DNA of 64,000 nt, taken from contig CAVWVQ010000003.1 in the NCBI GenBank assembly GCA_963758525.1, positions 4,832,001 to 4,896,000 of the forward strand. The letters are read 5' to 3'. This DNA comes from an uncultured Phycisphaerales bacterium (GTDB lineage Bacteria; Planctomycetota; Phycisphaerae; Tepidisphaerales; Tepidisphaeraceae). A program made the translations under genes and the position numbers. Positions 10,270-20,656 of the stretch are shown here, in pieces; position 1 is the first letter of the stretch, and every line of letters begins with the position of its first letter. Under the pieces are notes generated by a model that searched no databases, had not been told where the DNA came from, and was given only the letters and a program-made list of their open reading frames with translations.

Positions 10270-10962
10270 ATGAATCCGAAGCAGCGGGCGGCCGAGGCGG
10301 CGATGGGTTTTCTTCACAGCGGAATGGTGATCGGGCTGGGCACCGGATCAACCGCCGACTTCTTTCTGCAGGCCCTCGGCAACGCGTTGAAAACAGGACG
10401 ACTGCACGATGTTGTCGGCGTTGCGACGTCGCGACAATCGGAGCGACGCTCGCGGGAGCTCAACATTCCGCTCAGCACGCTTGCGGAGTCTCCAAGACTG
10501 GACGTGACAGTTGACGGCGCGGACGAAGTCGATCCGCAACTGGATTTAATCAAAGGCCTCGGCGGTGCGCTGCTGCGTGAGAAAATCGTCGCGCAGAATT
10601 CCAAACGGCTGATCATCATCGCCGACGCGAGCAAGAGCGTGCAAAAGCTGGGGACCAAGTCGCCGCTGCCGGTGGAGGTGGCGCAATTTGCCCACGAGAC
10701 CCAGGAGACTTTTCTCAAAAGCCTGGGAGCAATTCCGGTGTTGCGCCGCAGTCCGGACGGCTCGATCTTCGTGACGGATAACGGCAACTACATTTATGAC
10801 TGCCGGTTTACGGCGGGGATCGACGATCCGCGCCAGTTGTCGATCGCACTGCGCAAGCGGGCGGGAATCGTCGAAAGCGGACTGTTTTTAGGGATCGCGA
10901 CAGTGGCGCTGGTTGCCGACGACGACAACGTGGAAGTGAGAAACAGACGAAAACCCGAGTGA
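10270..10962 (+). CDS. rpiA: Ribose-5-phosphate isomerase A
   Basis: GLGTGST, DGADEVD, LIKGLGGALLREK motifs. Confidence 0.96.
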   Translation: MNPKQRAAEAAMGFLHSGMVIGLGTGSTADFFLQALGNALKTGRLHDVVGVATSRQSERRSRELNIPLSTLAESPRLDVTVDGADEVDPQLDLIKGLGGALLREKIVAQNSKRLIIIADASKSVQKLGTKSPLPVEVAQFAHETQETFLKSLGAIPVLRRSPDGSIFVTDNGNYIYDCRFTAGIDDPRQLSIALRKRAGIVESGLFLGIATVALVADDDNVEVRNRRKPE

Positions 10963-11125
10963 CGAAATCCGGTGGCTTGCCCCCGAAGCCCATCGCGAAC
11001 TTTCGTCAGGCTGCTGACCAGCAAATCGCCCAAATTGTGCTTCGTCGGCTTCCGCATGAATCGGTCCTTTCATCTACTGCAACTGGGTGCCTACCGCACA
11101 TCTTCCAGGGTCTGCCAAGCTTTCG

Positions 11126-12388
11126 TCACGCTCGCTTGACGACGATCGCGCTGTTCTTGCTTCCAAACGCGATGCAGTTGCACAGGGCGGCCCGGACCTG
11201 CGCCGGCCGCGCTTCGTGCGGAATGTAATCCAGATCGCAGGCGGGGTCGTGATTTTGGAGATTGATCGTGGGGTGTAGGTATCCGCAGTGCATGCCGAGA
11301 ATCGTCGCCGCAAGCCCGGCTGCGCCGCAGCGCCCTGGGGATGGCCGATCATTGATTTGGTGGAGCTCATGGGGATGGACCGCGCGAGCGGGCCGAAGCA
11401 TTTCTTGATGGCGGCGGTTTCCATGCGGTCGTTGAGCTCAGTGCTGGTGCCGTGCAGATTGACGTAGTCGATGTCAGTTGTTGAAAGGGAAGCGTCGGCC
11501 AGTGCGAGCTCGATCGCGCGAACGGGTTCGAGCACGTCGGGGGCGATCTGGACCCGATGGTAGGCGTCGCAAGTTGACGCGTAGCCGGCCAGCTCCGCAA
11601 GGGCGGGCGCGCCCCGCCGAGCCGCGTGGTCGGCGTCCTCGAGCACAAACATCCAGGCGCCCTCGCCCAGCACAAATCCATCGCGATCGGCGGAGAAGGG
11701 GCGCGATGACTGGCGCGGATCATCCCATTGGCGCGTGGAGACGACGCGAAGCTTCTCGAAGGCGGTGAGAATGCCGTGCGAAATGATCGCATCCGCTCCG
11801 CCGGCAAGCATCATGGGGATAATGCCGGCGCGGATGAGCAGCGACGCGTAGCCCAGCGCGTCGGTGCTGCTGGTGCATCCCGTGGAGAGGACGTGCGACG
11901 GACCGCGAAGTCCCAGGGCGATGGAGAGTTCGCTGGAGAGGTTGCCGTGGGTGCCGGCAGTGATGGAAAAGAGGGAGCCTTTGCCCTGGGTGTGAAAGAG
12001 GCGGTATTGCTCCTCGACAAAGGCCTGCCCGCCGCCGCCGGTCCCCAGGGCAACGCCGATTGCGCTGAGCGTCGTGGTCGTCGCTGGAGATGTTGAGCCC
12101 GGCGCATTCCATCGCTTCCCTGGATGCGGCAAGCGCGAGGGGAATGATTCGCGGTACGCGGCGCAGTTCGGCGGGTTCGAGCACGGTGGTGGGATCAAAA
12201 TCGAGAATCTGCCCGACCGCAGTTGTTCGCAGACCGGCTGTGTCAATTCCCGCAGGGCGAACCAGGCCGCTGCGCCCGGCCCGGCAGGCCGCTCCAAAGT
12301 TCGCCCGGCCCACACCGTTGGGGCTGACCACCCCCATACCGGTGATGACGACGCGGGGACGATGGTGCGCTGATCCCGCAATTGGCAT
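11126..12388 (-). CDS. FabF-like beta-ketoacyl-ACP synthase; frameshifts near 12062 and 11330 (probably sequencing indels)
   Basis: RVVITGMGVVSP, STGCTSS (Cys), NLHGTST and KSMIGH (His), CIAFGSKN spread over three frames. Confidence 0.85.
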
Positions 12389-12472
12389 GGCATGCGATTG
12401 TAGGACGCCGCTCGGGAGAGGAGCCGGAGAAAGAAAAAAGGGGATTTACTTCAAATGTCTTGAGGAGCGCTC

Positions 12473-12498
12473 GTAGCCGCGGATGTACATCCGCGGCT
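12473..12498. repeat. GTAG-family REP, second type (GTAGCCGCGGATGTACATCCGCGGCT)
   Basis: Palindrome; near-identical copy at 52606-52631. Confidence 0.7.
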
Positions 12499-12530
12499 TC
12501 TTTACAATCGGAGGGGCTGCCCTGCGCCAA

Positions 12531-13292
12531 TCACGCGTGCAACTGCGGACTGCGGCTCCAGGCGGTGACGATCGGAGGCTCGTCAGCACTGACAACGCCG
12601 ACCGTCTTTATCACGTTGAGCTGGGCGGCGAAGTCGATGTCCTCTTCCAGGCCGGCTTCGATCAGATTGAGTCCGCCTCGGGTGAATCGCAAGGTGGCAG
12701 GCAGCGCGTGGCGACTTTCGCCAAAGAGTCGCTCGGCGATTTGTGCGCAGTCGGATTCATAGTCGACTGCAGCAAGCTGTTTAAGCGAGGCGATCACCGC
12801 ACCAGCGCCCAGAACATCTTCCATTGCAATCGCGCCGTTCGTGCCTGCGCACAGCAGCGTGACGGGGCGATTGTCCAACGTCAGGCATTCGGCGACGGAC
12901 GCGGCGTTCACCAGCGCGCCGGCATAGATGCGAGCCGCGCCGGCGGTGGCAAGGATGGCGCGCGTGCCGTTGGTCGTGCTCATCAGCACTTCGCGACCGG
13001 CGTGGAGCGACGGCTGAAATGCGCCGGGGCTGTTTCCCAGGTCGAACCCGGGCGGGGGGAGACAGCGTGCTTCGCCACAGAGCAGCGCTGTCGGGTGTTT
13101 GTGACGGGCGGCGGCTGCGTCCGCCGTTGAGGAATAGATGCGGATCGATTGGACGCGAGCGTGCAGTGCGGCATTGATCGTGGTGGTCGCTCGCAGAACA
13201 TCAAAAACGACCACCGCGCGGCCCATGAGTTGGCGGGGGCTTAAATTGGAGGGAAGGAAGCAGACGTCAATTGGCAGAGCGGTTGTCGCCAT
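12531..13292 (-). CDS. comB: 2-phosphosulfolactate phosphatase
   Basis: VVFDVLRATTT, FDLGNSP, STTNGTRA, EDVLGAG motifs. Confidence 0.9.
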   Translation of the reverse strand: MATTALPIDVCFLPSNLSPRQLMGRAVVVFDVLRATTTINAALHARVQSIRIYSSTADAAAARHKHPTALLCGEARCLPPPGFDLGNSPGAFQPSLHAGREVLMSTTNGTRAILATAGAARIYAGALVNAASVAECLTLDNRPVTLLCAGTNGAIAMEDVLGAGAVIASLKQLAAVDYESDCAQIAERLFGESRHALPATLRFTRGGLNLIEAGLEEDIDFAAQLNVIKTVGVVSADEPPIVTAWSRSPQLHA

Positions 13293-13372
13293 AAAAGAAT
13301 CCGGCAGGTGAAATCGGTGTTCACCTGCCGGCATGTTGTATCAGATTTTATTGGCGTCTCGCCGCTGGGCTC

Positions 13373-13600
13373 TTACGTCCGATTGGCATTGGCAAGGATA
13401 CTCCCCGGGCGAGCAAAGCGTTCCCAAGTCTCGCCATGGCATTTTGGACAGAGTCGCGGCGGGGTGACCACGCTTTCCGGCTCAAATCCGCAGCAGCGAC
13501 ATTGAACTTGGAACATGGCGGCGGGACGATCCAAAACCGGGTGAGGCTCGTAGGTCGCAAACTGCCCTTCGGCGGCGAATCGATCCATGCTAATCGACAT
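13373..13600 (-). CDS. Small zinc-ribbon (rubredoxin-like) protein, 75 aa
   Basis: CRCCG...CPKCHG; AAGGAG RBS before ATG at 13600. Confidence 0.65.
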   Translation of the reverse strand: MSISMDRFAAEGQFATYEPHPVLDRPAAMFQVQCRCCGFEPESVVTPPRLCPKCHGETWERFARPGSILANANRT

Positions 13601-13657
13601 ATAAATCTCCTTCATTCCAACAGTTGCAGAAGAAACGCCCGTACTTTTGTGGGGTAA

Positions 13658-13673
13658 AGCAAGAGGCGTACCA
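13658..13673 (-). promoter_or_regulatory. Putative sigma54 (-24/-12) promoter for the zinc-ribbon gene
   Basis: Minus strand TGGTACGCCTCTTGCT with exact GG-N10-GC spacing, ~60 bp upstream of the ATG. Confidence 0.7.
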
Positions 13674-13805
13674 GCACCGGAGGACGATGGGCGCTCTGCC
13701 GCCGTGGCGTGTTGGAACTCAGCAGTCTCAGGGGAAATCTGACGGGCACGAGGACTGCGCCTTGCCGCGACAGTGTGTCGCGTTGGCGGAGTTGCCGTCA
13801 CTGTG

Positions 13806-15203
13806 TCAGGCCTGCGGGATATTCTCTGCGATGGTGCCGGTCACGCGACCTTCCATCGCATACTGGCGAAGCTTGCGCTGCAACGTGCGCACGGAGATAC
13901 CCAGCCGATCGGCGGCGTGCGTTCGATTGCCATTGCACTGACCCAGCGCCTTGGTAATGGCGAGTTTCTCCAATTCCTCCATGGTGAGCCCGGTCGGAAT
14001 CTCGCTGGGTTTGCTGTTGGCCATCGCCCCGGCGGCAATCTGCTCGGGCAGGTCATTTTCCGTCAGAGTGTCGCCGTCTCCGAGCACCATCATGCTCTCC
14101 AGCACGTTGCGCAATTCCCGAACATTGCCCGGCCAGCGAAAGGCTTGGAGCCTGCGCATTACCTCGGCGGAGATGCGGCGCGGGGTCGTGTGCTTTTGTT
14201 CGGTGATCTCGCGAAGGAAATGCTCGACCAGAATCGGGATGTCGTCAGGGCGCTGGCGCAATGCGGGAAGCGTGATCGTCACCACGTTCAGGCGGTAGAA
14301 AAGGTCTTCCCGGAACGTGCCGGCTTCAACCATCTTCCGCAGATCGCGGCTGGTGGCCGTCAGCACACGCACGTCAACCTTGCGGTCTTCGGCTCCGCCG
14401 ACGGGCGTGAGCGTCAGGGTTTCGAGGACGCGCAACAGTTTGGCCTGCAGTCCCAGCTCGAAGTCGCCGATTTCATCGATGAACAGAGTCCCGCCATCGG
14501 CCTGCTCAAATCGGCCCATGCGTCTGTCAGTAGCGCCGGTGAAAGCGCCGCGAACGTGGCCAAACAGCTCGCTTTCAACCAATGTCGCGGGAACGGCAGC
14601 ACAGTTGACCGCAACGAACGGTCCTTTTTTCCGGCTGCTGTTGTGGTGGAGCGCTTGGGCGACGAGCTCCTTGCCGGTGCCGCTCTCGCCGAGAATGAGG
14701 ACCGTGCTGTCCACGGGCGCGGCCCGCTGAATCTTGGCGAACACATCCTTCATGGGCTTGGATTCGCCGATAATTTTATCGAGGCCGAACTTTTGATCGA
14801 GGCGGCGGCGGAGGTTGTCGATCTCCTTGTCCTTTTGCTGGGTCTCAACCGCTCGGCGGACCAGGACAGCCAGCTCGTCGGCATTGATCGGCTTGGTAAC
14901 GTAGTCATACGCGCCGGCCTTGATCGCCTCCACGGCGCTGTTCACGCTGCTGTGTCCGGTCACGAGAATAAACTGCGTTTCAGGCCGTCGCTTCTTCCAA
15001 AGCTGCAGCAGATCGATCCCGCTGACATCGCCCATCTGCAGATCGCTCAGCACGACATCAATGTTCTCATCAATGTAGCCGATGGCTTTGTCCGCGTTCT
15101 CAGCGCCCAGAACGGTGAATCCCTCCGACTTGAGAAGGGCACTGACCGCCCGCCTTTCGGTCTCATGATCTTCCACGACTAGAATGCGGCCGGCACTTGC
15201 CAT
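13806..15203 (-). CDS. NtrC-family sigma54-dependent response regulator (REC-AAA+-HTH)
   Basis: Receiver domain, GESGTGKE, GAFTGA, LFIDEIG, WPGNVREL, Fis-type HTH. Confidence 0.96.
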   Translation of the reverse strand: MASAGRILVVEDHETERRAVSALLKSEGFTVLGAENADKAIGYIDENIDVVLSDLQMGDVSGIDLLQLWKKRRPETQFILVTGHSSVNSAVEAIKAGAYDYVTKPINADELAVLVRRAVETQQKDKEIDNLRRRLDQKFGLDKIIGESKPMKDVFAKIQRAAPVDSTVLILGESGTGKELVAQALHHNSSRKKGPFVAVNCAAVPATLVESELFGHVRGAFTGATDRRMGRFEQADGGTLFIDEIGDFELGLQAKLLRVLETLTLTPVGGAEDRKVDVRVLTATSRDLRKMVEAGTFREDLFYRLNVVTITLPALRQRPDDIPILVEHFLREITEQKHTTPRRISAEVMRRLQAFRWPGNVRELRNVLESMMVLGDGDTLTENDLPEQIAAGAMANSKPSEIPTGLTMEELEKLAITKALGQCNGNRTHAADRLGISVRTLQRKLRQYAMEGRVTGTIAENIPQA

Positions 15204-15322
15204 CGTTCCTCTTCTCGGGGGCGGCAAAATTGCCGTCCGGGACACAAAGTCATACCACAGAAGCTTCGTGGCCCACAACGTGCAATTTACGCTGCGGCGC
15301 CAGTGGTTAGAATCAGCGTGAC

Positions 15323-16978
15323 GTGTTCAAACGATTCCGGCGGCTGGAAATCTCGCTTGCCGCAAAATGCCAGATCCTGTTCGGTGCGGCGGTGATCCTC
15401 ATCATCGGCGCGGCGCTGGCAGTTCCGTGGCGGCGGATGGAGCAACTGACCGGCGAACTGAACGGTCGCGCCGCGGCGGCACTGGCCGACAACGCGCTGC
15501 TGGAGCATGCCCTGATTCAGCGGACACCGTGGCCGCACGTCGATCTGACGACCCAGCCTTATTCTCCACCCGAGCCGCATGAGATTCGGCCTGCCGGGGT
15601 TGTCCCGCGGCTGATCGCGATCGATGCGCCGGATTCGACACCGCTCACTAAGTTTGAGCAACGCTCGCTGGGTTATTTCCGACGCCATCCCGAGTCGGAA
15701 TCCCGCTCGGCTTATTCAGATGACAATCAGCGCTACTTTTACGCACGCCCCGTCTACCTGGGCCATGGATGCATCGCGTGTCATTCCTCAAAGGCTTCCA
15801 CCACCGCGCCGACAGGGACGACCCTGCCGGCCGAGGCGCGCGATCTGCTTCCGCCGGTCGATCACTCCGAGTTGGTGGGAATGGTCAGCATCGACATCAC
15901 CAACCGCATTCCGCAGAATCAGCTTCTGCTCAATCGCGTCTTCATCATGGTCGCGGGACTGGTGGGCGGAACGCTGGCGATTCTCTGCTTCTACCTGATC
16001 ACGACGCGGCTGATTCTACAACCCGTCCGCGTGCTTCAGGAGACGGCCCAGCGCGTCAGCGAGGGCGATCTGAACATTCGTTCCGATATCAGCACCGGCG
16101 ACGAATTTCAGCAGTTGTCCGAGACGTTCAACGCCATGCTTGCGAATCTGAATGAAACGACCGACCAACTGCGGTCGATCAACACCGGGTTGGATCTGAA
16201 GATCGGGCAGTTGGCCGAGGCAAACGTCGCGCTGTACGAGTCGAACCGGCTCAAGAGCGAATTTCTCGCCAATGTGAGCCATGAACTGCGCACGCCGCTC
16301 AATTCGATCTTGGGGTTTGCAGATCTGCTGAAAGACGCGCTGAGCGGCGCCGCCGACGCGAAGCCGTCACGTTATGTTCACAACATTCTGCAAAGCGGGC
16401 GGGCACTCCTCGAACTGATCAACGACCTGCTGGACCTGGCGAAAATCGAGGCCGGGAGAATGGAGATTCGCTCCGAGCCATTGTCGGTCGGCGATCTGTT
16501 TGAGGGCCTGGAGAACATTCTCAAGCCGCTGTGCGAGCCGCGCCAACTGGTGATTGATACTGCCGTCGCCAACAACGTGCCGATCCTGCAGACTGATCCT
16601 GGCAAGCTGCAGCAGGTGCTCTACAACTTTCTGTCCAATGCCATCAAATTTTCCCCCAATGGTTCGGTCATCGACTTGGTCGCTGTGCGCGAAGGAGAGC
16701 AGCACGTTCGGATTTCGGTGACCGATCGCGGGCCGGGAATCGCGATGGACAAGCAGCAGCTCATTTTCGAGAAGTTTCGGCAGGTCGACGCTTCCGTGAC
16801 GCGCACGCACAGCGGCAGCGGATTGGGCCTGGCGATCTCCAAGGAACTGACGGCAATGATGGGCGGAACGATCGGCGTTCGCAGCGCCGCAGGCGAAGGT
16901 GCGACGTTCTGGATTGTTCTGCCGCTCAGGATTCAGCCCAGCGTGCTGGATGTGCGCGGGCGCATGGTGCTGAGCTGA
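15323..16978 (+). CDS. Membrane sensor histidine kinase with CxxCH-containing sensor domain and HAMP
   Basis: Two TM segments, CIACH in the extracytoplasmic domain, H-box SHELRTPL, N/G1/G2 boxes. Confidence 0.93.
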   Translation: MFKRFRRLEISLAAKCQILFGAAVILIIGAALAVPWRRMEQLTGELNGRAAAALADNALLEHALIQRTPWPHVDLTTQPYSPPEPHEIRPAGVVPRLIAIDAPDSTPLTKFEQRSLGYFRRHPESESRSAYSDDNQRYFYARPVYLGHGCIACHSSKASTTAPTGTTLPAEARDLLPPVDHSELVGMVSIDITNRIPQNQLLLNRVFIMVAGLVGGTLAILCFYLITTRLILQPVRVLQETAQRVSEGDLNIRSDISTGDEFQQLSETFNAMLANLNETTDQLRSINTGLDLKIGQLAEANVALYESNRLKSEFLANVSHELRTPLNSILGFADLLKDALSGAADAKPSRYVHNILQSGRALLELINDLLDLAKIEAGRMEIRSEPLSVGDLFEGLENILKPLCEPRQLVIDTAVANNVPILQTDPGKLQQVLYNFLSNAIKFSPNGSVIDLVAVREGEQHVRISVTDRGPGIAMDKQQLIFEKFRQVDASVTRTHSGSGLGLAISKELTAMMGGTIGVRSAAGEGATFWIVLPLRIQPSVLDVRGRMVLS

Positions 16979-17079
16979 CAGTCTGGTGATTGGAACGTGA
17001 CGGGACGGGGTAGCGAAACGTGAAGCCGTGACCGGGGGTGATCGCGGGGCGTGCGCGAATTTCCGGAGTGACTTCTTGC

Positions 17080-17195
17080 CTCCTCCTCTCATACCCGGGG
17101 GAGGACCTAGGTGGGGGGAGATCGTTCATTTGACGCGGCCCGCCGAACGGACGAACCCCCACCCCAACCCTCCCCCAGAGTACTAAGGGAGTGGG
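17080..17195. repeat. Degenerate palindromic intergenic repeat of the CCCTCACCCTAACCCTCTCCC family
   Basis: cccccaccccaaccctcccccagagtac resembles the better-preserved copies at 61346-61463 and 61626-61664. Confidence 0.55.
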
Positions 17196-17346
17196 CAAGA
17201 GCGGGATATCGCCGCGAACAGGTTGTACCCGGAAATTCGCGCACCCCGAGATCGCGCGATCATGCGCTTTCTCTTCACGTTTCACGTCTTCACGCGTCAC
17301 GTTTTGAGTCCGGCCTCTTCGTCACGTTCCAATCACCCATCACCAG

Positions 17347-18222
17347 CTACCCCAGCATTCCCGAGGTCGCCGAAACGAGCTTATCGAGATTTTCGCGGGT
17401 GGCGGCGACGACGTCGGGATTGATCTGCAATGACTCGAGATCTTGAGGCTCCATCGGCTGATGGAGCGCCGTGAGGTTGAAGCCGTGCGTTGAATGGCAG
17501 CAAAGCGTGTCCGCGACGTAAACAAGGTTGACGAGCATGCGGTTTGGATCGTCCAACTCCGTCGGCCGATGATGATAGCCCACCACCAACTGGCACGGAC
17601 GGGGGAATCGCCAATGCTCGGCCAACGCCATGCCCAGCGCCTGGTGGTCGTTTCCGATTAAGTGCGTCTCAAGCTGGCAGAAGTTGCTGCCGGCGTCGGC
17701 GGCAGCCGTCTCGCATACCTGGCGGAGCATTTCGGGCGCGGTCTGCAGCGAGATCAGAATGCCGACATCGTGAATCATTCCCGCGAGAAATGCTTCGTCG
17801 CCGAGTGGGAGCTTCATGCGAATCGCCAGATCGCGGGCGGTCACCGCCACCGCAAGGCTGTGCGTCCAGATGTCTCTGGCAGTGAAATTGCGTCCAAGCT
17901 TCGCGCCGCGAAACAGTTGGCCAAGACTGGCGGCGACGGCGATGTTCTTCACGGCGTTGAGCCCAAGCATCACGATCGCCCGTTCGATCGAGCCGATCTG
18001 CCCCGATAATCCGTAGAACGCGCTGTTCACCACCTTCAGAATGCGCGTGACCAGAGCGGGATCGTGCGAGACGATGCGATTGAGCTGACTGGCGCTGCTG
18101 CGGGGATCTTCCACCGTCGCGATGATCCGATTCGTCACCTCCGGCAGTGTCGCGAGCGAGCTGACCGACTTGACGATCTCCTGCGGGGTCTTGTGCGGGC
18201 GTACGGCGGTGGCAACGCTCAT
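17347..18222 (-). CDS. HDOD domain protein
   Basis: LATLPEV, DPALVTRILKVVNSAFYG, AGMIHDVG, WRFP motifs. Confidence 0.92.
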   Translation of the reverse strand: MSVATAVRPHKTPQEIVKSVSSLATLPEVTNRIIATVEDPRSSASQLNRIVSHDPALVTRILKVVNSAFYGLSGQIGSIERAIVMLGLNAVKNIAVAASLGQLFRGAKLGRNFTARDIWTHSLAVAVTARDLAIRMKLPLGDEAFLAGMIHDVGILISLQTAPEMLRQVCETAAADAGSNFCQLETHLIGNDHQALGMALAEHWRFPRPCQLVVGYHHRPTELDDPNRMLVNLVYVADTLCCHSTHGFNLTALHQPMEPQDLESLQINPDVVAATRENLDKLVSATSGMLG

Positions 18223-18270
18223 TCGGATTAATCCTTGCTGCCGGAAGTATCGAGCGGATAAGGGAAAGGC

Positions 18271-19428
18271 TTAATACGAGATGAGTTTCCGGACGTGGCG
18301 ATTCAACTCAATGTGGGCCAGATGCCCGGCAATCGCTTTTCCTGCGTTCCCGCTGCCATAGGGATTTCGCGTCCCAAAACGATGCGGATGGCCGTTATTC
18401 CAGATCTCCGCGGCCGCGCGCTCGACGGCCTGCGGCGCTCGAACATGCACTACGTTGTCGCCCCGCTCCCGCCCGTGTTGGCGCGATCCGACGTCAATCA
18501 CGGGCGTTCCGAAACTGCCCGCCTCGATGATCCCGCTCGAGCTGTTGCCCACCAGCATCGCGGCATCACGCAGCAGGCCAAGATACAACATCCGCGGCAG
18601 GTCTTTGCAGAAGTGCCAGCCCGCTTGTCGCGACCGCTCCGCCTGTCGCCAGCAAGCGACGATCCCGTCGGCCCCGGGGTCGTTATTCGGATAGACCACC
18701 ATCATCTGCTCCACGCCCGCCCGCTGCACGGCACTCAGCAGCATCTCCGCCGCCAGACGCTCCGCGCCGGATTCCGACGTGGCCGGGTGCTGCACCACCA
18801 GCGCATAGCCGCGGCGTCGCAGCGCCGGAAATCGCTTCGCCACCACCTTCCACGGCTCGGCCTCGTGGAGATCGTCCAGCCCCGGCGAGCCGACGCGATG
18901 AATTCGCCAGCGATCTTCGCCGAGTTGCATCAGGCGTTGTGCGCTGCCCGCCGTGGCCGGAAAGTGCACATGAGTGAGTTTGCTGATCGCGTGACGCAGC
19001 GAGTCGTCCACCAGCCCCAGCGCACGATCCCCGCCATGCACGTGCGCGACAATGCGCCCGCCGATGTGCGCAGCCGACGCCGCGGCAAACGCTTCCACGC
19101 GGTCCCCGACGACCAGCACGATATCGCTTTTCAAATTTTCGAACTCCGCCGCGAGTCGGGCCATCACACGGCCAGTCTCGATGGCTGTTGCGGATTGCAA
19201 AACACTCTTTCGCCATGGAACGATGCAGTCGATATGCCAGCCACCGTCGCGAATCGCGTCGACGGAGTGTCCGCGCGTTCGATCGAGGTGCATGCCGGTG
19301 ACGATCAGTTGAAGGCGCAGCGAGGGAATTTTTTCAATCGCAAGGAGTGTCGAGCGCATCAGCCCGAACTCGGCACGGGTGCCGGTGACGAAGCAGACGT
19401 TACGAGGAGATCTGATCGGGGATGGCAT
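18271..19428 (-). CDS. neuC: UDP-N-acetylglucosamine 2-epimerase (hydrolysing)
   Basis: VTGTRAEFG, GDRVE, HVHGGD, GNSSSGIIEA motifs. Confidence 0.9.
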   Translation of the reverse strand: MPSPIRSPRNVCFVTGTRAEFGLMRSTLLAIEKIPSLRLQLIVTGMHLDRTRGHSVDAIRDGGWHIDCIVPWRKSVLQSATAIETGRVMARLAAEFENLKSDIVLVVGDRVEAFAAASAAHIGGRIVAHVHGGDRALGLVDDSLRHAISKLTHVHFPATAGSAQRLMQLGEDRWRIHRVGSPGLDDLHEAEPWKVVAKRFPALRRRGYALVVQHPATSESGAERLAAEMLLSAVQRAGVEQMMVVYPNNDPGADGIVACWRQAERSRQAGWHFCKDLPRMLYLGLLRDAAMLVGNSSSGIIEAGSFGTPVIDVGSRQHGRERGDNVVHVRAPQAVERAAAEIWNNGHPHRFGTRNPYGSGNAGKAIAGHLAHIELNRHVRKLISY

Positions 19429-19448
19429 TTGTGCCCGCGGCTTTCCCC

Positions 19449-19570
19449 GTGGCACGGGCATCCTGCCCGTGCTGGGTGCGTCAAAAGTAGTCCGACTCAA
19501 GCTCCGAAGAGCTGCTATCCACGTCTTTCTTCCCGCCACGCAACCGGCATGGGCAGGATGCCGATGCCAC
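19449..19570. repeat. GTGG-type REP doublet between neuB and neuC
   Basis: GTGGCACGGGCATCCTGCCCGTG ... CATGGGCAGGATGCCGATGCCAC inverted pair. Confidence 0.75.
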
Positions 19571-19588
19571 GGATGCCACGGGGACGCT

Positions 19589-20656
19589 TCAGGCGGATCG
19601 GCGCGACTCTTGTGGCGCGATCATCTGCCATTCGAGTAGCGTTCCGGCCGAAAGATCGCGCACGGCGCGTCGCCCAATCACTTCTTCAATCAATGCGGCG
19701 GAGATCCCGGTTCCGGGACGTTGAACGGTGATGTCTTCCCGGCGAATCTTCTGTCCCGCCGCGACTTGCGCCTGCAATACCAAACTCTGCCGGCTGACGC
19801 TCCGCACGTCTTCTTCGCACGGAAGCACGCGCTTGCCGCCCGATCCCAGCATCGTTTCCGTCTGGCGAATGAGTTCGACGTAGGTGGCAAATTGTTCGGG
19901 GTCGCTGCTCGCGGCGTGATCGGGCCCCTGCGCCTGGCAGTCGTAGGTGAGATGGCGTTCCACGAACCGCGCCCCGGCCGCAACAGCCAGCGCGCCGCCA
20001 AACGCGTCGGTGGTGTGATCGGAGTAGCCGATCTGCACTTGATATCGCTCCCGCAGCTCACCGATCCAATGCAAATGGGCGTCGCGAGCTTCCGTTGGAT
20101 AGCTGCTCACGCAATGCAGCAGCGCAAAGGGAATTCGCCAGTCGCCAAGCCAGCGCATCGTCGTGTCAATCTCTTCCAGCGTCGCGGCGCCCGTCGAGAG
20201 CAGCAGCGGAATCGAGAGATTCGCCGCGCTGTGCAGCAGCACGCGGTTCACCAGGTCGGGCGAAGCGATTTTGACGGCTGCCATGCCGAGTGATGCAAGC
20301 GTTTTGATATCTCCGGGCGAGAAGGGCGTTGCCAGCGGCACAAGGCCGCGCGATCGGATGTGCGAGGTAATCGTGTGCAACGCGTCGTGCGACAGTTCAT
20401 ACCCTCGAAGCATCTTCGCCGGATCTCGCGGCACGCCGGCGCGCGACTGGTATTCCGCAAGCCGGCAGGAGCGATGCATCAAAGTGTCGGCGCGAAAGAT
20501 TTGCAGCTTCACCGCGTCAGCGCCGCATTCGGCGGCAAGATCCACCAGTTCCAGCGCGCGGTCGAGTGAGCCGTCATGATTGACCCCGATCTCGGCGATG
20601 ATGAGCACCGGGTGGTCGTTGCCGATCGATTTCTCACCGATACACAGGTTTGTCAT
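19589..20656 (-). CDS. neuB: N-acetylneuraminate / nonulosonic acid synthase with SAF domain
   Basis: IIAEIGVNHDG, AVKLQ, LLHCVSSYP, GYSDHT, GPDH motifs. Confidence 0.93.
   Translation of the reverse strand: MTNLCIGEKSIGNDHPVLIIAEIGVNHDGSLDRALELVDLAAECGADAVKLQIFRADTLMHRSCRLAEYQSRAGVPRDPAKMLRGYELSHDALHTITSHIRSRGLVPLATPFSPGDIKTLASLGMAAVKIASPDLVNRVLLHSAANLSIPLLLSTGAATLEEIDTTMRWLGDWRIPFALLHCVSSYPTEARDAHLHWIGELRERYQVQIGYSDHTTDAFGGALAVAAGARFVERHLTYDCQAQGPDHAASSDPEQFATYVELIRQTETMLGSGGKRVLPCEEDVRSVSRQSLVLQAQVAAGQKIRREDITVQRPGTGISAALIEEVIGRRAVRDLSAGTLLEWQMIAPQESRRSA

Noticed and set aside
13773..15182. Long antisense ORFs, e.g. 13773-15182, 18295-19731, 26498-27964, 48192-49346, 54156-55172
   Set aside because: Shadow ORFs opposite well-supported genes, expected in high-GC DNA; no recognisable motifs
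17273..17302. Short TTCACGT-like tandem repeat
   Set aside because: Only about four degenerate units; too weak to assign a function
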